From: Felis catus
Lineage: Eukaryota
DNA: 64,000 nt
Direction of reading: 5' to 3'
Assembly (NCBI RefSeq): GCF_018350175.1
Contig: NC_058368.1
Coordinates: forward strand, 191,272,001 to 191,336,000
Part shown: positions 26,778 through 39,574 of the stretch, piece by piece
Numbering within the stretch: position 1 is the stretch's first letter
Layout of the letters: each line of letters begins with the position of its first letter
Program-made: the position numbers and the translations under genes
Notes under the pieces: generated by a model
What the model saw: the letters and a program-made list of their open reading frames with translations, nothing else
What the model was told of the DNA's origin: nothing
Databases searched by the model: none

Positions 26778-27054
26778 CTCCCTTAATACTCTTTAAAAAA
26801 AAGAATAAGAAAAGAAAAAAAAAATCTCTTCTTTATTAGAAGAAGAGATCAGGACAGACACATATGGAGGGAAGACCGTGTAAGGGCACAGGGAGAAGGT
26901 GGCATCTACAAGCCAAGGAGAGGGGCCTCAGGAGAGGCCAACCCTGCAGACACCTTGATCTTGGACTTCTAGTCTCTAGAATTGTAAGACAGTAATTTTC
27001 TGTTCTTCAAGCCACCTGTGGCACTTGGTTATTACTGCCCTAGCAAACTAATAC
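26435..27054 (+). mobile_element. MaLR MLT1-family LTR with internal insertion
   Basis: gttgaaatcctaacccc...tttggaga...taaaatgagg; acaccttgatcttggacttctag...gcaaactaataca end. Confidence 0.88.
26600..26824 (+). mobile_element. Unidentified retroposed insert (unique body, (CT)n, A-rich tail)
   Basis: Interrupts the MLT1; body does not match CAN-SINE; ends in an A-rich tail. Confidence 0.6.
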
Positions 27055-27519
27055 AGACAGGTCTCCTAGAGGTTGTGTTTTGGGGATGAAATGTCCTGTG
27101 CTCTTTCCATGTTCACTGACCAGAGACACAGCTCTCCTATTCAGGCCCCTCTTCTAGTACTTGTCTGGTCTCTGTCATGTCATCCCTGTGACGACACTAA
27201 CTCCTCTCTGCCCTCCCCGTGGCGCACCTGCCGGGCCCATGCTGGTACACAGGACACTGGAATAAGAATGATACTTGAAGAAGCAGATTCCTGGACTTGT
27301 ACCCAAAGATTCTGATCCAGTAGGTCGGCAGTGAGGTTCTTCTACACTTTTAACAACCCCCTTGGCCGATTCTGCAGAAGATGTAGGGGAACCGCTCTTG
27401 ATTAATAACTGCCTTAGACCACCCTAAGCAAGAGGAAAAGCTGAATCCTAGAGATTTTCCGGGGAAACAAAACAAAACAAAAAAAAATGGGACACTCTTG
27501 TACACTTTCATTAGATTTT

Positions 27520-28050
27520 AATTATGTTTATTTCACTTATGTTACCTCCCTGCTTAAAATCATTCCATTGCACTTAGTATAAACTCCACCATCTTTGCCA
27601 TGCCAAAGACAGTTCAGCAGAAGAGTCTACACCCAAACACCGAAATCATGGGGTGATATCATCCCTGTGGAACCACTGAAGCTACCCTCTCCTGACTTCC
27701 AATCTGTTGCCATACGGGTTCCTTCTGCCTAGTATGGTTTTCCTTCCTGGCCAAATCCCACTTACCCCATAATTTAGCTTAAATGTCATTTCCTCTCCTC
27801 TCATCAGTTCTCGTATCCCTCCCTTTTACAGCACTCTGTTATTATTTTCCTCCTAGAAGGTGTCATAATGTACACTTGTGGATTTATTTGCACAACTGAT
27901 TATTTACTTCCTGCCTCCCCCAGTAGCCTATAAGCTCTACAGGGCTTTGTTTTGTGTGGGTTCATTGCTGTCATCCAGCAGCAAGTAGCATGCCCAGCAC
28001 AAGACAAAAGCTACATGAGTGTTTGCTGAGTGGAGAAAGGAAGAAGTATG
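27520..28050 (+). mobile_element. L2 3' relic
   Basis: atgttacctccctgcttaaaa...ttaaatgtcatttcctc...tataagctctacaggg...tttgctgagtgg. Confidence 0.65.
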
Positions 28051-29488
28051 TGTTGAAAACCCCAGGGAGTGTGAACAAGGGCTTTGGAGGTCATCACATC
28101 GCTTGGAAGGATATGTGATGCTCACCCCCACCTCCCATCCATCTTAAAAGGTCCGTGTCATCAGTTCTGATGATGTGTATTTTCAAATTCCCTTTCCCTC
28201 CTCCCCAGAGCTGTCTGACCTGGGAAGAGGCTGACTGAAGGGCTTATGGGAAGTCAGTTACCCTGCAGAAATGGGGACTAGAAGTAGCCTTGTCCAGTGT
28301 TTGATACATCTGGGCACATTGCCAAGATTTTTGACAAGATAAATGACTTAATGATTTCCACCAATTCTCATTCCAAGTCAGTGGGATTGATATAGAGGTG
28401 GTCAAAGCAGCTTTTGAATGGAGATCAATACTATTTAATATCTAAATTTCATTTCAGAATGTGACTAAGGATAAGCTAGTGGATTTTTGCTAGAGGTAGA
28501 ATTATTTTTAAAATAATGATCCTCAGGGCCCCACAGGTTTTCCAATTACTATTATAAGGGGGAAAAACCTGCTGAAGATGACCCCACAAGCTCTTGCCTT
28601 GATTTGCACAGTAAAGATGTTTTGATATTTTTCAAGTGTAAGATCAAAGTGTTAGGGCTCCATTAGTCACTGCATTAGGAACAAAGATAGAAACATAGAT
28701 TTTGTTTTAATTTGAAAGCAAGTGGCCTTATCTTCTATTTCATGTTATTAGGGTCTCAGGGAAGTCCATTTATGTTTTGCATGCTTAAATAGATTAAGAA
28801 AGAGGAAGATTAAGCAATTCTCTTGAATTAATATCTTCAAAGAATAATGGAAAGCATCTTAATTTGTTATGCCAGTACTTATTGCGGGGTGAGATGTTAT
28901 TTGATACTCATAGCTAGAGGCAAAGCATTTTAAAAAACGCAAATATGTGTGGTTCTTAAACATAGTATTTGTGTTTTGGGGGTAACTCGTATTCGAAACG
29001 TATCCAACACTTGTAAGTTGCTCCTTTCTACAACGGTGCTGCTGCTACCCTGTTAATACTTCTACTACTACTACTGGTATTTCTATGACCAAAAACGCTC
29101 CTACCACTAGTAATCCTGGTGCTTTTACTGCTATTTATGACCATGAGAATGATGAGCCCTCCAACCAACTCAAAACGACAGTGTTCCTAGTCTTGTATGA
29201 GGTGCTCGTATAATCAAAACAACCCTAAGATCAGCACTATCACTGTCCCTCTTGCACACTAAGAGAGTGGCAGAAAGAAGTAGTAATTTGCCCAAGGTCA
29301 CCCAGCCAATGAGCGATGGACCCTCAACTCACGCCCAGATTAGCTTCAGTAGAAAGGTCAAGCTCTTTCAAGTCCTCCAGGATGTCTTTAATAGGAAAGG
29401 CAGATAACAACATTTACATAAAGCAAAGTTTGGTGTCTGATCTTCTTTTATACTTTTCTGTCATACTACCTTTTCAGAGGATTTTAAA

Positions 29489-29832
29489 TATTTTTTCAAT
29501 GTTTATTTACTTTTGTGAGAGAGAGAGAGAGAGAGAGAGCATGAGTCGGGGAGGAGCAGAGAAGGGGTGGGGGGCACAGAATCCGAAGCAGTCTCCAGGC
29601 TGTCAGCACAGAGCCCTGATGCGGGGCTCGAACCCACAAACCGCGAGACCATGACCTGAGCCGAAGTGGGACGCCTAACCAACTGAGCCACCCAAACGCC
29701 CCTTATCTGAAGGGGGCTCCAGGCTCAGAGCTGCCAGCCCAGAGCCGGAGGCAGGGCTGGAACTCACAAACCGTGAGATCCTGACCTGAGCCGAAGTTGG
29801 ACGCTTAACCGACTGAGCCACTCAGGCACCCC
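29489..29832 (-). mobile_element. Dimeric CAN-SINE (partial plus full monomer) within a single TSD
   Basis: Two heads ending at about 29702 and 29832; TSD cttttcagaggattttaaa at 29470-29488 and 29835-29853. Confidence 0.93.
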
Positions 29833-30663
29833 TTCTTTTCAGAGGATTTTAAACCATTTTTATGTAATACAAATGCTCTATTAGCTGGGTGAGTGAATCC
29901 ACCTCTCACACTAAAATACATACATTCTTGCCTCCAGCCAAATTGAATCAATTCCTGTTCCCCAGATTGTGCCCATTCCTACTTCCCGTTCCGGGAGCAC
30001 TCGCGGCAGTCACCTACACAGAGATAAAAGAAAGGCCATTGTTGGCAGCTGAGGAATAACTGGGGTACTAGGGGAAGGAACCACAGCCCAGTTAGCTGGC
30101 ATTCCACCCAGGGGGGAGCCCTCACTGGCAGGTGGGAGCCACACCTCCGAAGTCAGTTACATGGAGATTGGAGTCACTTTAGGCATAAAGCTTCAAAGGC
30201 CTCAATATAAATCTGCAGAGTGGGGAATTCACAGGTGGATAATGGGAAATTGACTCCAGAGTTATAGCATTTCAGGAAGCAACTGACACTGAAGACATCT
30301 GAAACATTTCAGAAGGATCCTGATATCCTCTTGGCATTGGCTATGTTCAGCCACTTGCCCTCATTCTTCTTCTAATGGCCTTCTGATTGATCTTGCTTTC
30401 TAGCTTGCATTAGGGCAGTTTCTTCCCAGTCTGTATTTCACGGAAGGTATTCTAACAGAATTAAGAAATATCTCAAGGAAGGAAATCAAATCATACTAAA
30501 ACAGAAGTTAGGTAGCTTTCAAGAATAGTCTTCCATTTTCTTTTCTGGTTGCTATTTTTGTTGTGGCTGTTGTTGTTTGTTTTAATCCCCAGGGGCAGCT
30601 TCTCTGGTGCACAAAGTCTCTTGGACTCAGAGTCCAGGATGCATCATTGGGTGCCCCTTCCCC

Positions 30664-30825
30664 CACGTTTATTTTGAGCTTGAGAGGACAAGCAGGGGAG
30701 GGGCAGAGAGAGAAGGAGAGAGAAGGAGAGCCTCCAAGCTGGCTCTGCACCACGAACCACGAGGTCATCACCTGAGCCCAAATCAAGAGATGGACACGTA
30801 ACTCACTGAGCCACCTAGGCGCCCC
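30664..30825 (-). mobile_element. CAN-SINE, internally deleted
   Basis: cactgagccacctaggcgcccc; cctgagcccaaatcaagag. Confidence 0.85.
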
Positions 30826-30869
30826 ATTTTTTTTTTCTGGGCTATTAGGTGATATGATGGCACCATTGT

Positions 30870-31095
30870 ATTTAAGCTCACGGGCTCTAGTGTCAGATGG
30901 GCCTGGGTTTGAATTCCACCTTCTCCATTTATTGATGGAGAGTTGTATAACCTCTCATAGCTGCACTTTCCTCCTCTGTAAACCAGGGTAGGCATGATAA
31001 GGACTTTGGGTGGCTATTGTGAAGATCAATTTCAGAGAGTTCAGATTTATCCCTTAGCACATCTCTGGCACAGAGGGTACATTCAATCGACGTGA
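30870..31095 (+). mobile_element. MIR SINE
   Basis: gcctgggtttgaattcc...tttcctcctctgtaaa. Confidence 0.7.
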
Positions 31096-33314
31096 GCTGT
31101 TGTTGTTGTTGCTGCTATTGTTGTTGCTGTTGGAATGAAGGACCCCTATTGATCGTGTGTAGGACCCACGTTCATCCAGTGACTGCTAATATTTCGCCCC
31201 ATTTTCTAAAGAAGGTCACCGGCAGCATTTCTATGTGTTATGGCATTTTCTACCTTGGCACTGATTTTGAATTCAGAACCAAAATCCAAGTGACAAATCC
31301 CTTTAATTTTTTTTCATTGGCGGTCAAAAGCCTTTGTTTCATTCACTGACTCTTTCAAGCAGGGCTGATGGTTACTGCATTCTCACAGGCACTTGCAAGC
31401 TTGTTACAAATGAGTTGTCTGGCGGATTTAAACCTCTCTTCCTTTCAGGAAATGAAACAGCACCACTTTACTGAGCCAGGCCATGTATCCAATCATTTAC
31501 CATAGCTGAGAGCCAGAAAAAATCTGGTTCTGTTCACTTGATGCTAGAAAGGAGAAATCATTCTCCCTAACTTCCACCACCCTGAGATAAAATATAAACA
31601 TGTTTCCTAGGTTTTCACCCTTCAATTTGGGTTACATCGCCTGGTAGGGGGGAAGGGGATGACAAATGAATGGATTCAATTTTATTTTAAGTCCTAAAAT
31701 GGAAATCTGTACTAGGGTGTCATTTAACATTCTTCCAGCTGGAGTGTTCTCCAACTCGCACTGTCCAACCACCAGAACGATGTGGATTGAGGGGGAGTTC
31801 TGACTCCCTCCCCGCACGAGTCAAGGGCTCTAATACCTTCCTTGGATTCTTGGCTGTCCTGGAGGAATCCAGGAAGGCTGTCCTTTCTTCCTTCTTAGTT
31901 TCATCAAGTCATTTTGTTTTCCTCTTTCTGTTCAACCTTTATCTTTTTCAGGGCTGATACTTTGCAGGTGCATGTGGATCCAGCTGTACATTTTTAGATC
32001 TGTTGAAATCATCAATAGCCTCTATTCTAAGAACCCACCCCCTTCAAGTGCCCCCTCCACTGCCTGATCTCTTTCCCAGGATCCCCTTCCCTCCCTCCAC
32101 CAACCCTTTAACTGAAGTGTTGACCCCTGGCAGGGCAGAAGACCTCCAGACCCTGCTTAAGTTCTGTACCACCAACTCCATTCTGCTTGGGAAGTTCTCT
32201 TGGCAACCCTTCTAAGAAACCTTTCTGAGAAGAGGGGCCAGAGTCTTGAGGGGGAGAGAGAAAAGTGTTCCAAACTGAGGTAGCAGCACATGCATACTAT
32301 GGAGGCAAGAGAGAGGAGGCACTTTGGTGGGGCTGTGGTCCTTCCCTGTGATGGAAGGTGAGGTTGGGCTTGGGAGCTAGGTGGTGGTACCTAGGTTGAT
32401 TATACCTCACCCCAGTTTCTTCTTCTCACCCAAGTTTCTTCTTCTCTTATGAAGAAGACCTTTCTGGCCTATTAAACCCTGAGTCCAAGTTCTTAGCAAG
32501 TCCAAGTTCTGTTTCCTTTCTTAGAAAGCAGGGTGGGTGTAATCTTCAAACCCTCCTAGAAGGTGATGAAAACTATTTCATTTCTCCTTTCTAGTGCATC
32601 AAAGAACAAAGGAGTTAAGTTTTCATATGAAAGTTGTCTGAACCTCCTTTGAGATTTTTGCCAGAGGAACTTGTTTGTTTTCTACTGAAGTGAGCCGCAT
32701 CTCACTAAGCCTCTAGTCTGGCTTAGTGGAACAGACTCATTCAAGCGCTGGTGTATTAAAATGGGAGGAGCTTGATTATTATCAGAACTGGAACAAAAAC
32801 AGAGTTCTAGAGTAGTGGACAGGATGCCAAACTTCATTTGCAAACAGTCGGCAAGTAGGTGGGGCATGGCCAGGTAAGCATGCTAGTAAAACAACAAATT
32901 CAAGTGGGCAGACATATGAGTAGGGCACTTGTCAAAAAAAAAAAAAAGATACAAATCTTGGGGATCATGCAAAAGAGCTGAAAGTGGGGAATAAGTCCTT
33001 TTAATATGTCCTATTGGAACATTATTTAATGGGCTACCCATGGGGTTTTGAATTATCTAAGGGCCGTACTTTTGTTTGACTTACCATGCACATTTCATTA
33101 AAAGCTCAGGCTTTGTGGTGTTATGTGATAGCCTGTAGACGTTTGTCCAGGAGAGGTAGTTTCTCTCCCCCAAGATAATGATTTGGCTGTTCTCTAGGAT
33201 ATAAATCAGTTTTGTGTCTTTAACAAGGCTATTCTAAGATATTTTTTTTTCCAAAATGACAGTATATACCCAACTTCTCAAATGCTATTTGAGCCAGGTT
33301 TACCCAGGGGATGG

Positions 33315-33772
33315 TTTCCTAGAGTTGCCATAACAAATGACCACAACTTTGGTGGCTTATGGCAGCAGAACTGGAGAAAGGGAGACCTGTCATGGTTCAG
33401 AGTCTAAAATCATGTCTTCTCATCTCAAATCAGGGTGTCGGCAGAGTCATGCTCCCTCTGAAATCTGTTGAGGGCAGCCTTCCTTGCCCCTTGATGGCTT
33501 CTGGGGGTTGCACAGTGGTCTTTGGTGTTTCTTGGCTTGAGCTGTATCACTCCGATCTTTGCCTCCATTGTCACTCGGCATCTGCCTGTGTCTTCAGATG
33601 GTCTTCTTATAAGGACAGTGGTCACTCTACTGCATTAAGGGCTCACTCTACTCCAGAATGGTCTCACTTTAACTCATCACATCTGCCACGACTCTGTTTT
33701 CCAGGAAGTCCGCATCCTGAAGTACTCAGCATTTGGATTTCAACATATCATTTTGGGGGAAACAACCCATAG
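33315..33772 (-). mobile_element. MaLR MLT1-family LTR
   Basis: gttgccataacaaatgaccacaactttggtggctta; tcttcttataaggaca; gatttcaacatatcattttgg. Confidence 0.8.
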
Positions 33773-34749
33773 CAACCATCTTGCTTGTCCTGTCATTAAT
33801 GAGTTAAATAATGCCTTTAGTATATGTTAATCCTATGCTTATATATATTAGAATCATGTCTTTAACATTTTGGAAACTATGCTCTGACCGTCTTTGGAGG
33901 CTAATGAGGATGTTGGAATAAAGGACATGCGTGAGATCAGCTAGAAAGTCTGTGGATATTGGATCTTGACCAGCAACTGGAGAAAAGGAAGAGATGTCTC
34001 CAACCCCACTGTCAGGTCAGTTCAGCAGGAAGTAGAAGATATGTCCCCTGACACCACATACCTTCCCCTACCTATAAAACACTTACAAACACAGGGAAGG
34101 TTCTGTAACACCATTGCTAGATTATGACATGAGTTTTATCATGGGATATTCATGTTTGTGGACATGTTCACAAGCAAAATAACCCTGTGGGATCCAAATA
34201 ATCAAGTTCACAAATTGTAATGCCTTGCCAAATCACCCTGCCTGTCGACCCACCAGTCCCCATGGATGGGGATGCTGACTTAACTTGATCTCTGCTATAA
34301 TAACTACCTGCACACATGTGAGATCTTAGGTAGGTGTCTCAGCCTATTTCCCTGCTGCTGGACTACACTTCTCATGATTGAATTTAGTCGTAGGCGTCCT
34401 AGATCAGATCTTTAGGGATGTTAATCCTTGTGCTCTTTGCCTCTTTGGTCTCATATTCCCGTAGCCAGGCCTCCTAGATATTCATTGCTAGTACAGTGTT
34501 CAGCACACATTAGAGACACAACAACTATTTGAATAAAGGAATAAGCAGGTTACAGTTGGCCCAGATGCTGCCAGTAATCCCCTTGCTCCTTCAGACTCTT
34601 ATCTTTGACATAGATCTTTAAGAATTTTCAGCTTCTCCAGGGCAGGCTTCTAATGCTCTCTTAAACTGGCCCAGTCTAGAGTTATGGCTCTGATACCTCT
34701 TTGAACTTTTGAATCAGAGTCTGCTCGTAGGCTAACAACTGTCTAAATT

Positions 34750-34981
34750 GTTTTGTTTTTTTTTTTTAATTTTTTTAACGTTTTTTATTTATTTTTGAGA
34801 CAGAGAGAGACAGAGCATGAACGGGGGAGGGGCAGAGAGAGGGGGAGACACAGAATGGAAGCAGGCTCCAGGCTCTGAGCCATCAGCCCAGAGCCCGACG
34901 CGGGGCTCGAACTCACGGACCACGAGATCGTGACCTGAGCTGAAGTCGGACGCTCAACCGACTGAGCCACCCAGGCGCCCC
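34750..34981 (-). mobile_element. CAN-SINE, young SINEC_Fc type
   Basis: Many retained CpGs; short TSD aaattgtt. Confidence 0.97.
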
Positions 34982-35911
34982 AAAATTGTTAACCTACTAC
35001 CTTTGAAATGAATGCCCTCATGCTTCCCTAGGAATGCATATTTGCAGAAAGCCAAGAGTCAGCATAGACTAAAAGGCCAGTTTTCTTTATAGACTTAAAC
35101 AAGTTTTGGCAAATTTTCCTCTTTAATGATTTTGCCTAAGTTCAAATATTTTACTCTTTTGTCCACTTAGAAGCTTGATGAGTTAGTTAATGAGACCCAC
35201 ATATATTGTTATAGACTCTGAGAGATTTAATTAAAATGTGCTAATGTGTAAAATCAACTGTGCGTCAATGGTTTCTTAATTTTTCCCAAGTTCAGATGGA
35301 GTGAATTAATGGTACTTACCATAACTTTGGGGGTGTTATAGAAATTCTACACACAGTAGCAATTAGATTCTGTTTATTACATAGTATATTAATCTTCAGG
35401 GTAAGATTTAACAGTTAGAAGTCTCATGCAGTAATTATTTTGTGGCTTTGACAAACTAAATATTTACAAAATTATAATTTAGTGTGAGAATATGCCCTGT
35501 AGCTGTTAGCATGTCAAAACATGTTAGGCAGCTCATACAACCTGTTTGTTAGTGTTAAAACTCAATTAATGTATAAATTAACTTTAAATATATTTTTACC
35601 GAATGCATAATCAAATGTGGAACTGAAATAATTTTTCAGACTTTTGATGTCTAATGAATCTAGGCGATTTAGTATCTAGTCAACTGTAGCTTTAATCCAT
35701 AATAATAATTGTTTCAATTATTAAGTTATTACTATTACCAAATAGGAATTTGACAGGCATTGTGCTAAGTGATCTACATACATCTCATAAATATAAATAA
35801 AATTTATAAATATAAATATACACAATCATGGTTACCCTACATACCTTAGAGAAAGACATTAAAAGTATAAACTTAAAATATCCATATTTATGTATCTTTA
35901 CCATGGTGACT

Positions 35912-36150
35912 TTTTTCTCTCTTTTTTTTTTTAATTTTTTTTATATTTATTTATTTTTGAGAAACAGAATGAGACAAAGTGTGAGCGGGGGAGGGGCAGA
36001 GAGAGAGGGAGACACAGAATCTGAAGCAAGCTCCAGGCTCTGAGCAAATGGTCAGCACAGAGCCTGATGTGGGGCTTGAACCCACAAACTGTGAGATCAT
36101 GACCTGAGCCGAAGTCAGACGCTCAACCGACTAAGCCACCCAGGTGCCCC
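35912..36150 (-). mobile_element. CAN-SINE
   Basis: Reverse head agccacccaggtgcccc; poly-T. Confidence 0.95.
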
Positions 36151-37179
36151 TTTTCTTTCTTTTTTAAGTAAGATATTTAGGAACGAAGAAAGAGAGAGAA
36201 GGAAATTAATTTATTTGGGGCCTCTATTCTCATCTAGATATTGAAGTAGCCTAGACACTTCACAAATTAAATCCCTATAATGGCTTGCCATCTTCAATCA
36301 CTTATCCAAATCTTTCAAGCCGGATGTGTTTTGAAATTTAGATTTGTTTGTTTAGAAACCTGTACATTGAACATGTACTTTTTTGATGGCAACAAAACAT
36401 GTGACACGTAAGCCAAATGGAATAAATAAAGGCAATCCTTGGTCCCATGTTGGTTCAGATCACATTTTACAGTTAGATGAGTTCATGTCAGGTCAGGTTT
36501 GCTACCAAAGACATTCTGAAAACCTTTTAGTTTTTAGAGCTTTTGATTTCAGAATCATGGACTATGACATGTGGATTTGTATTATCCACACACATAGATC
36601 AGGAAACTGTGGCTGAGACAACTCCAGTGATTTGTACTTTGGTCACATGGCTCATAAACAGTGGAGCAAGAATTGGAACCTAGATCTTGTTCAAGTGAGG
36701 GTCTCCACTTGATTTCCATGGTCTCTTTTTGTAAATGTCCTTCAGGATGCAGAAGGGAGAATTAAGTTTCTACCAGTGCCATGCTCTTATGGCCCTGAGT
36801 TGCTAAGCAAATCCAGCCTTCACTCGGGCTTCCCCAGGGGATTGAGCAAGGTGTACAAGCTCAGTATTGTGCAAGATCTTGCTCATTTCCCCTGATCCTG
36901 CTGATGACCTGGCCTGCATGTGCCCCACCCCACTCTGTGCCTTTCTTGCTGACACACCAACCCTGGAAGAACACACAGATACATGGGCATGAATAGATTC
37001 TTGAAATTACGGCCTAGGCTTTAGATTAGATTAGACATTTAGTTAATAATTTCCCCAGCGAACCAGGAATGGCTCTGATCATTCCTGGGTTATAGTAGTC
37101 TGTATCTCATCACCCTGCCCCACATTTCTCTTTCTGAGATAGTGCCTGGAGGTAGGAATTGAGGGTGTGCCTTCATTCA

Positions 37180-37335
37180 GTACTCAAATTTTAAGATGCT
37201 TACAGATCTTCTGGGATCCTGTTAAAATGCATTAAATAGGTCAGTAGGTGTGGGACAAGCCTGAGACGGTGCATTTCTCACAAGCTCCCAGGTGATGCTA
37301 CAGGTCCATGGACCCACATTTTGAGTCAATGGCTT
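37180..37335. mobile_element. MER5A-like relic
   Basis: tgcatttctcacaagctcccaggtgatgct...gacccacattttgag. Confidence 0.75.
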
Positions 37336-38026
37336 AGGTGACTGAATGAAGATTAGGTCAAAGTAGAAGTCCTCTATTCTTTTCGTCTCCAAGGCAGAAT
37401 TCCTCATTTATCAGTTTGCTGTGATGGGCTTGGTATTAGAGTCACCTGGGTTTGGTGTTAGAGTCTTTGATTAGTATAATCCGTATCCTGGTCTCCGTAT
37501 GCTGCCTTGGTAACGATTTCATGAACCTTTATGGCTGGATAGGCCCATGTGGGCTCTTATTTGCTAAAGACCCCCAGGCTTGCATGCTGCCTCCTATCAA
37601 CTAACTCTCACTGACTCTCAACTGGGAATCCATGCCATTCAAGAACTGAAGGTGCTCTGTGTTGGCATACTAAAACTTCCATCTGAGCACAATGAGCCAC
37701 GTTTAGTATTATGTAACTACATTTCAGGATTTGAGAGGGAAATTGCAAGGGACCTCTTTCAAGTGTATCATACTGGGTGTGGATGCCAGAGCCCCCTGCC
37801 CCTCCACCCTCCGCAGATCTCAACTTACCTAAAATACCTCCACATCTCAAGGTGCAGAATTGAATAGTTATGTCAGAGACTGTGTCCTATAAACCAAAAT
37901 ATTCACCACCTGGACCTTTAAGGAAGAGGTGCCTACACTGCTCCATACCATGGGGGCGTGTAAAGTTGAGTTTTCTTGATGTAGTGTTTGATAGATTCAA
38001 TGAAAACTCATCTGAATAATTCTATT

Positions 38027-38096
38027 AATTTTTTTTTTAATTTAGAGAGTGAGATCATGTGAGTGGGGAAGAGGGAGTGAGGGAGGGAGGGAGAGA

Positions 38097-38138
<42 letters not shown>

Positions 38139-38260
38139 CTCAAGCTGGCTCTATACTCAGCACAGAGCCTGATGCAGAGTCCATCCCACAACCCTTGGGA
38201 TCATGACCTGAGCAGAAATCAAGCGTCGGATGCTCAACCAACTGAGTTACCTAGGTACCC
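38027..38260 (-). mobile_element. CAN-SINE, older subtype
   Basis: (GA)n; approximate TSD tg(a/c)ataattctatt. Confidence 0.92.
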
Positions 38261-38582
38261 CATGCATAATTCTATTTTTAATTGTAAAATATGACTAACA
38301 CTTAGTTACTTCTCTAGATTTCTTTTTGTAAATCTGGATTCTTTACCAGGTACTTGCTTTGGACCAAGGTCACATACACAGAAAGGCAAAGGACAAAAAC
38401 ACATTAATAACTTTGAAAATATTGCCCCCATTTATAATAAACTCTACCTCTACCCCTGGATAGGTTCCATTCCAATTGTAGATACAAAAACATATCCCTC
38501 TCAAATATATTTAACCTTACAAGGAGGTGGAGCTTAATTATTTAGTGTTTACTGAAAAGCACATTAAGAACTTGAGGGGTGA

Positions 38583-38794
38583 GGGGCACCTGGGTGGCTC
38601 AGTCGTTGAGCGTCCGGCTTCTCCTCAGGTCATGATCTCACGGTTTGTGAGTTTGAGCCCCGCGTCAGGCTCTGTGCTGATGGCTCAGAGCCTGGAGCCT
38701 GTTTCAGATTCTGTGTCTTCCTCTCTCTCTGCTCCTCCCCTGCTCGTGCTCTCTCTGTCTCTCTCTCAAAAATAAACATGAAAAAAAGTTTAAA
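38583..38794 (+). mobile_element. CAN-SINE
   Basis: TSD aagaacttgaggg. Confidence 0.96.
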
Positions 38795-39229
38795 GAACTT
38801 GAGGGATGAGAGATATGTCACTATCAACTGTATATGTCATAAAAACTGTATGTATTTCATACTATTAATTATACATTTGTATCTGTTTTCTATTTGCTCC
38901 TTTTACTATGGTTCTCCAGATGTTATATACTGTTTTAGCAGATAATCATTTTTAAATCAACAAAGTATAGATTACTATTTATCAACCTATTATCGAAAAG
39001 AAAGAGTTTTATACTTGTAGTTGAAAATAGATCATGAGCATTTTCCATTATCATTCAGTATCCATGAAGGCTTAACTTTTAATGGGTTCATAGCATTCCC
39101 TCATATCTAAGACCATGCAGTGCTTTTCCATTGCCCTATAGCTGGACATTTATGTGTTTTCCATGTGTTGCTGTCTTCCTTCATGTTTGATTTAAAATCA
39201 AAGTGAGATTAGAAAAATTTAAGGCTATT

Positions 39230-39454
39230 GGGATGCCTGGGTGGCTTAGTTGGTAAAGTATCTGACTTTGGCTCAGGTCATGATCTCACTGTTCATGGCT
39301 TTGAGCCTTGCTTCGGGCTCCGTGCTGACAACTCAAGGGCCTGGAGCCTGCTTCAGATTCTGTGTCTCCTCTCTCTCTGACCCTCTCGCATTTGCACTCT
39401 GTCTCCCTCTCTCTCAAAAATAAGTAAATATTAAAATTTTTAAAAAAGAAAAAT
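39230..39454 (+). mobile_element. CAN-SINE
   Basis: TSD ttaaggctatt. Confidence 0.95.
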
Positions 39455-39574
39455 GTTAAGGCTATTAATAAACATACCAAATTTTACTCAAAAGACTTCA
39501 TGTCAACTTATTCTTGCATTAGTTTGTTAGAAGTGGGACACTACCAGTTTTTCTTTTAAATTTCTGTGAATTTA

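Noticed and set aside
33359..33772. 137-aa ORF
   Set aside because: Lies within an MLT1 LTR
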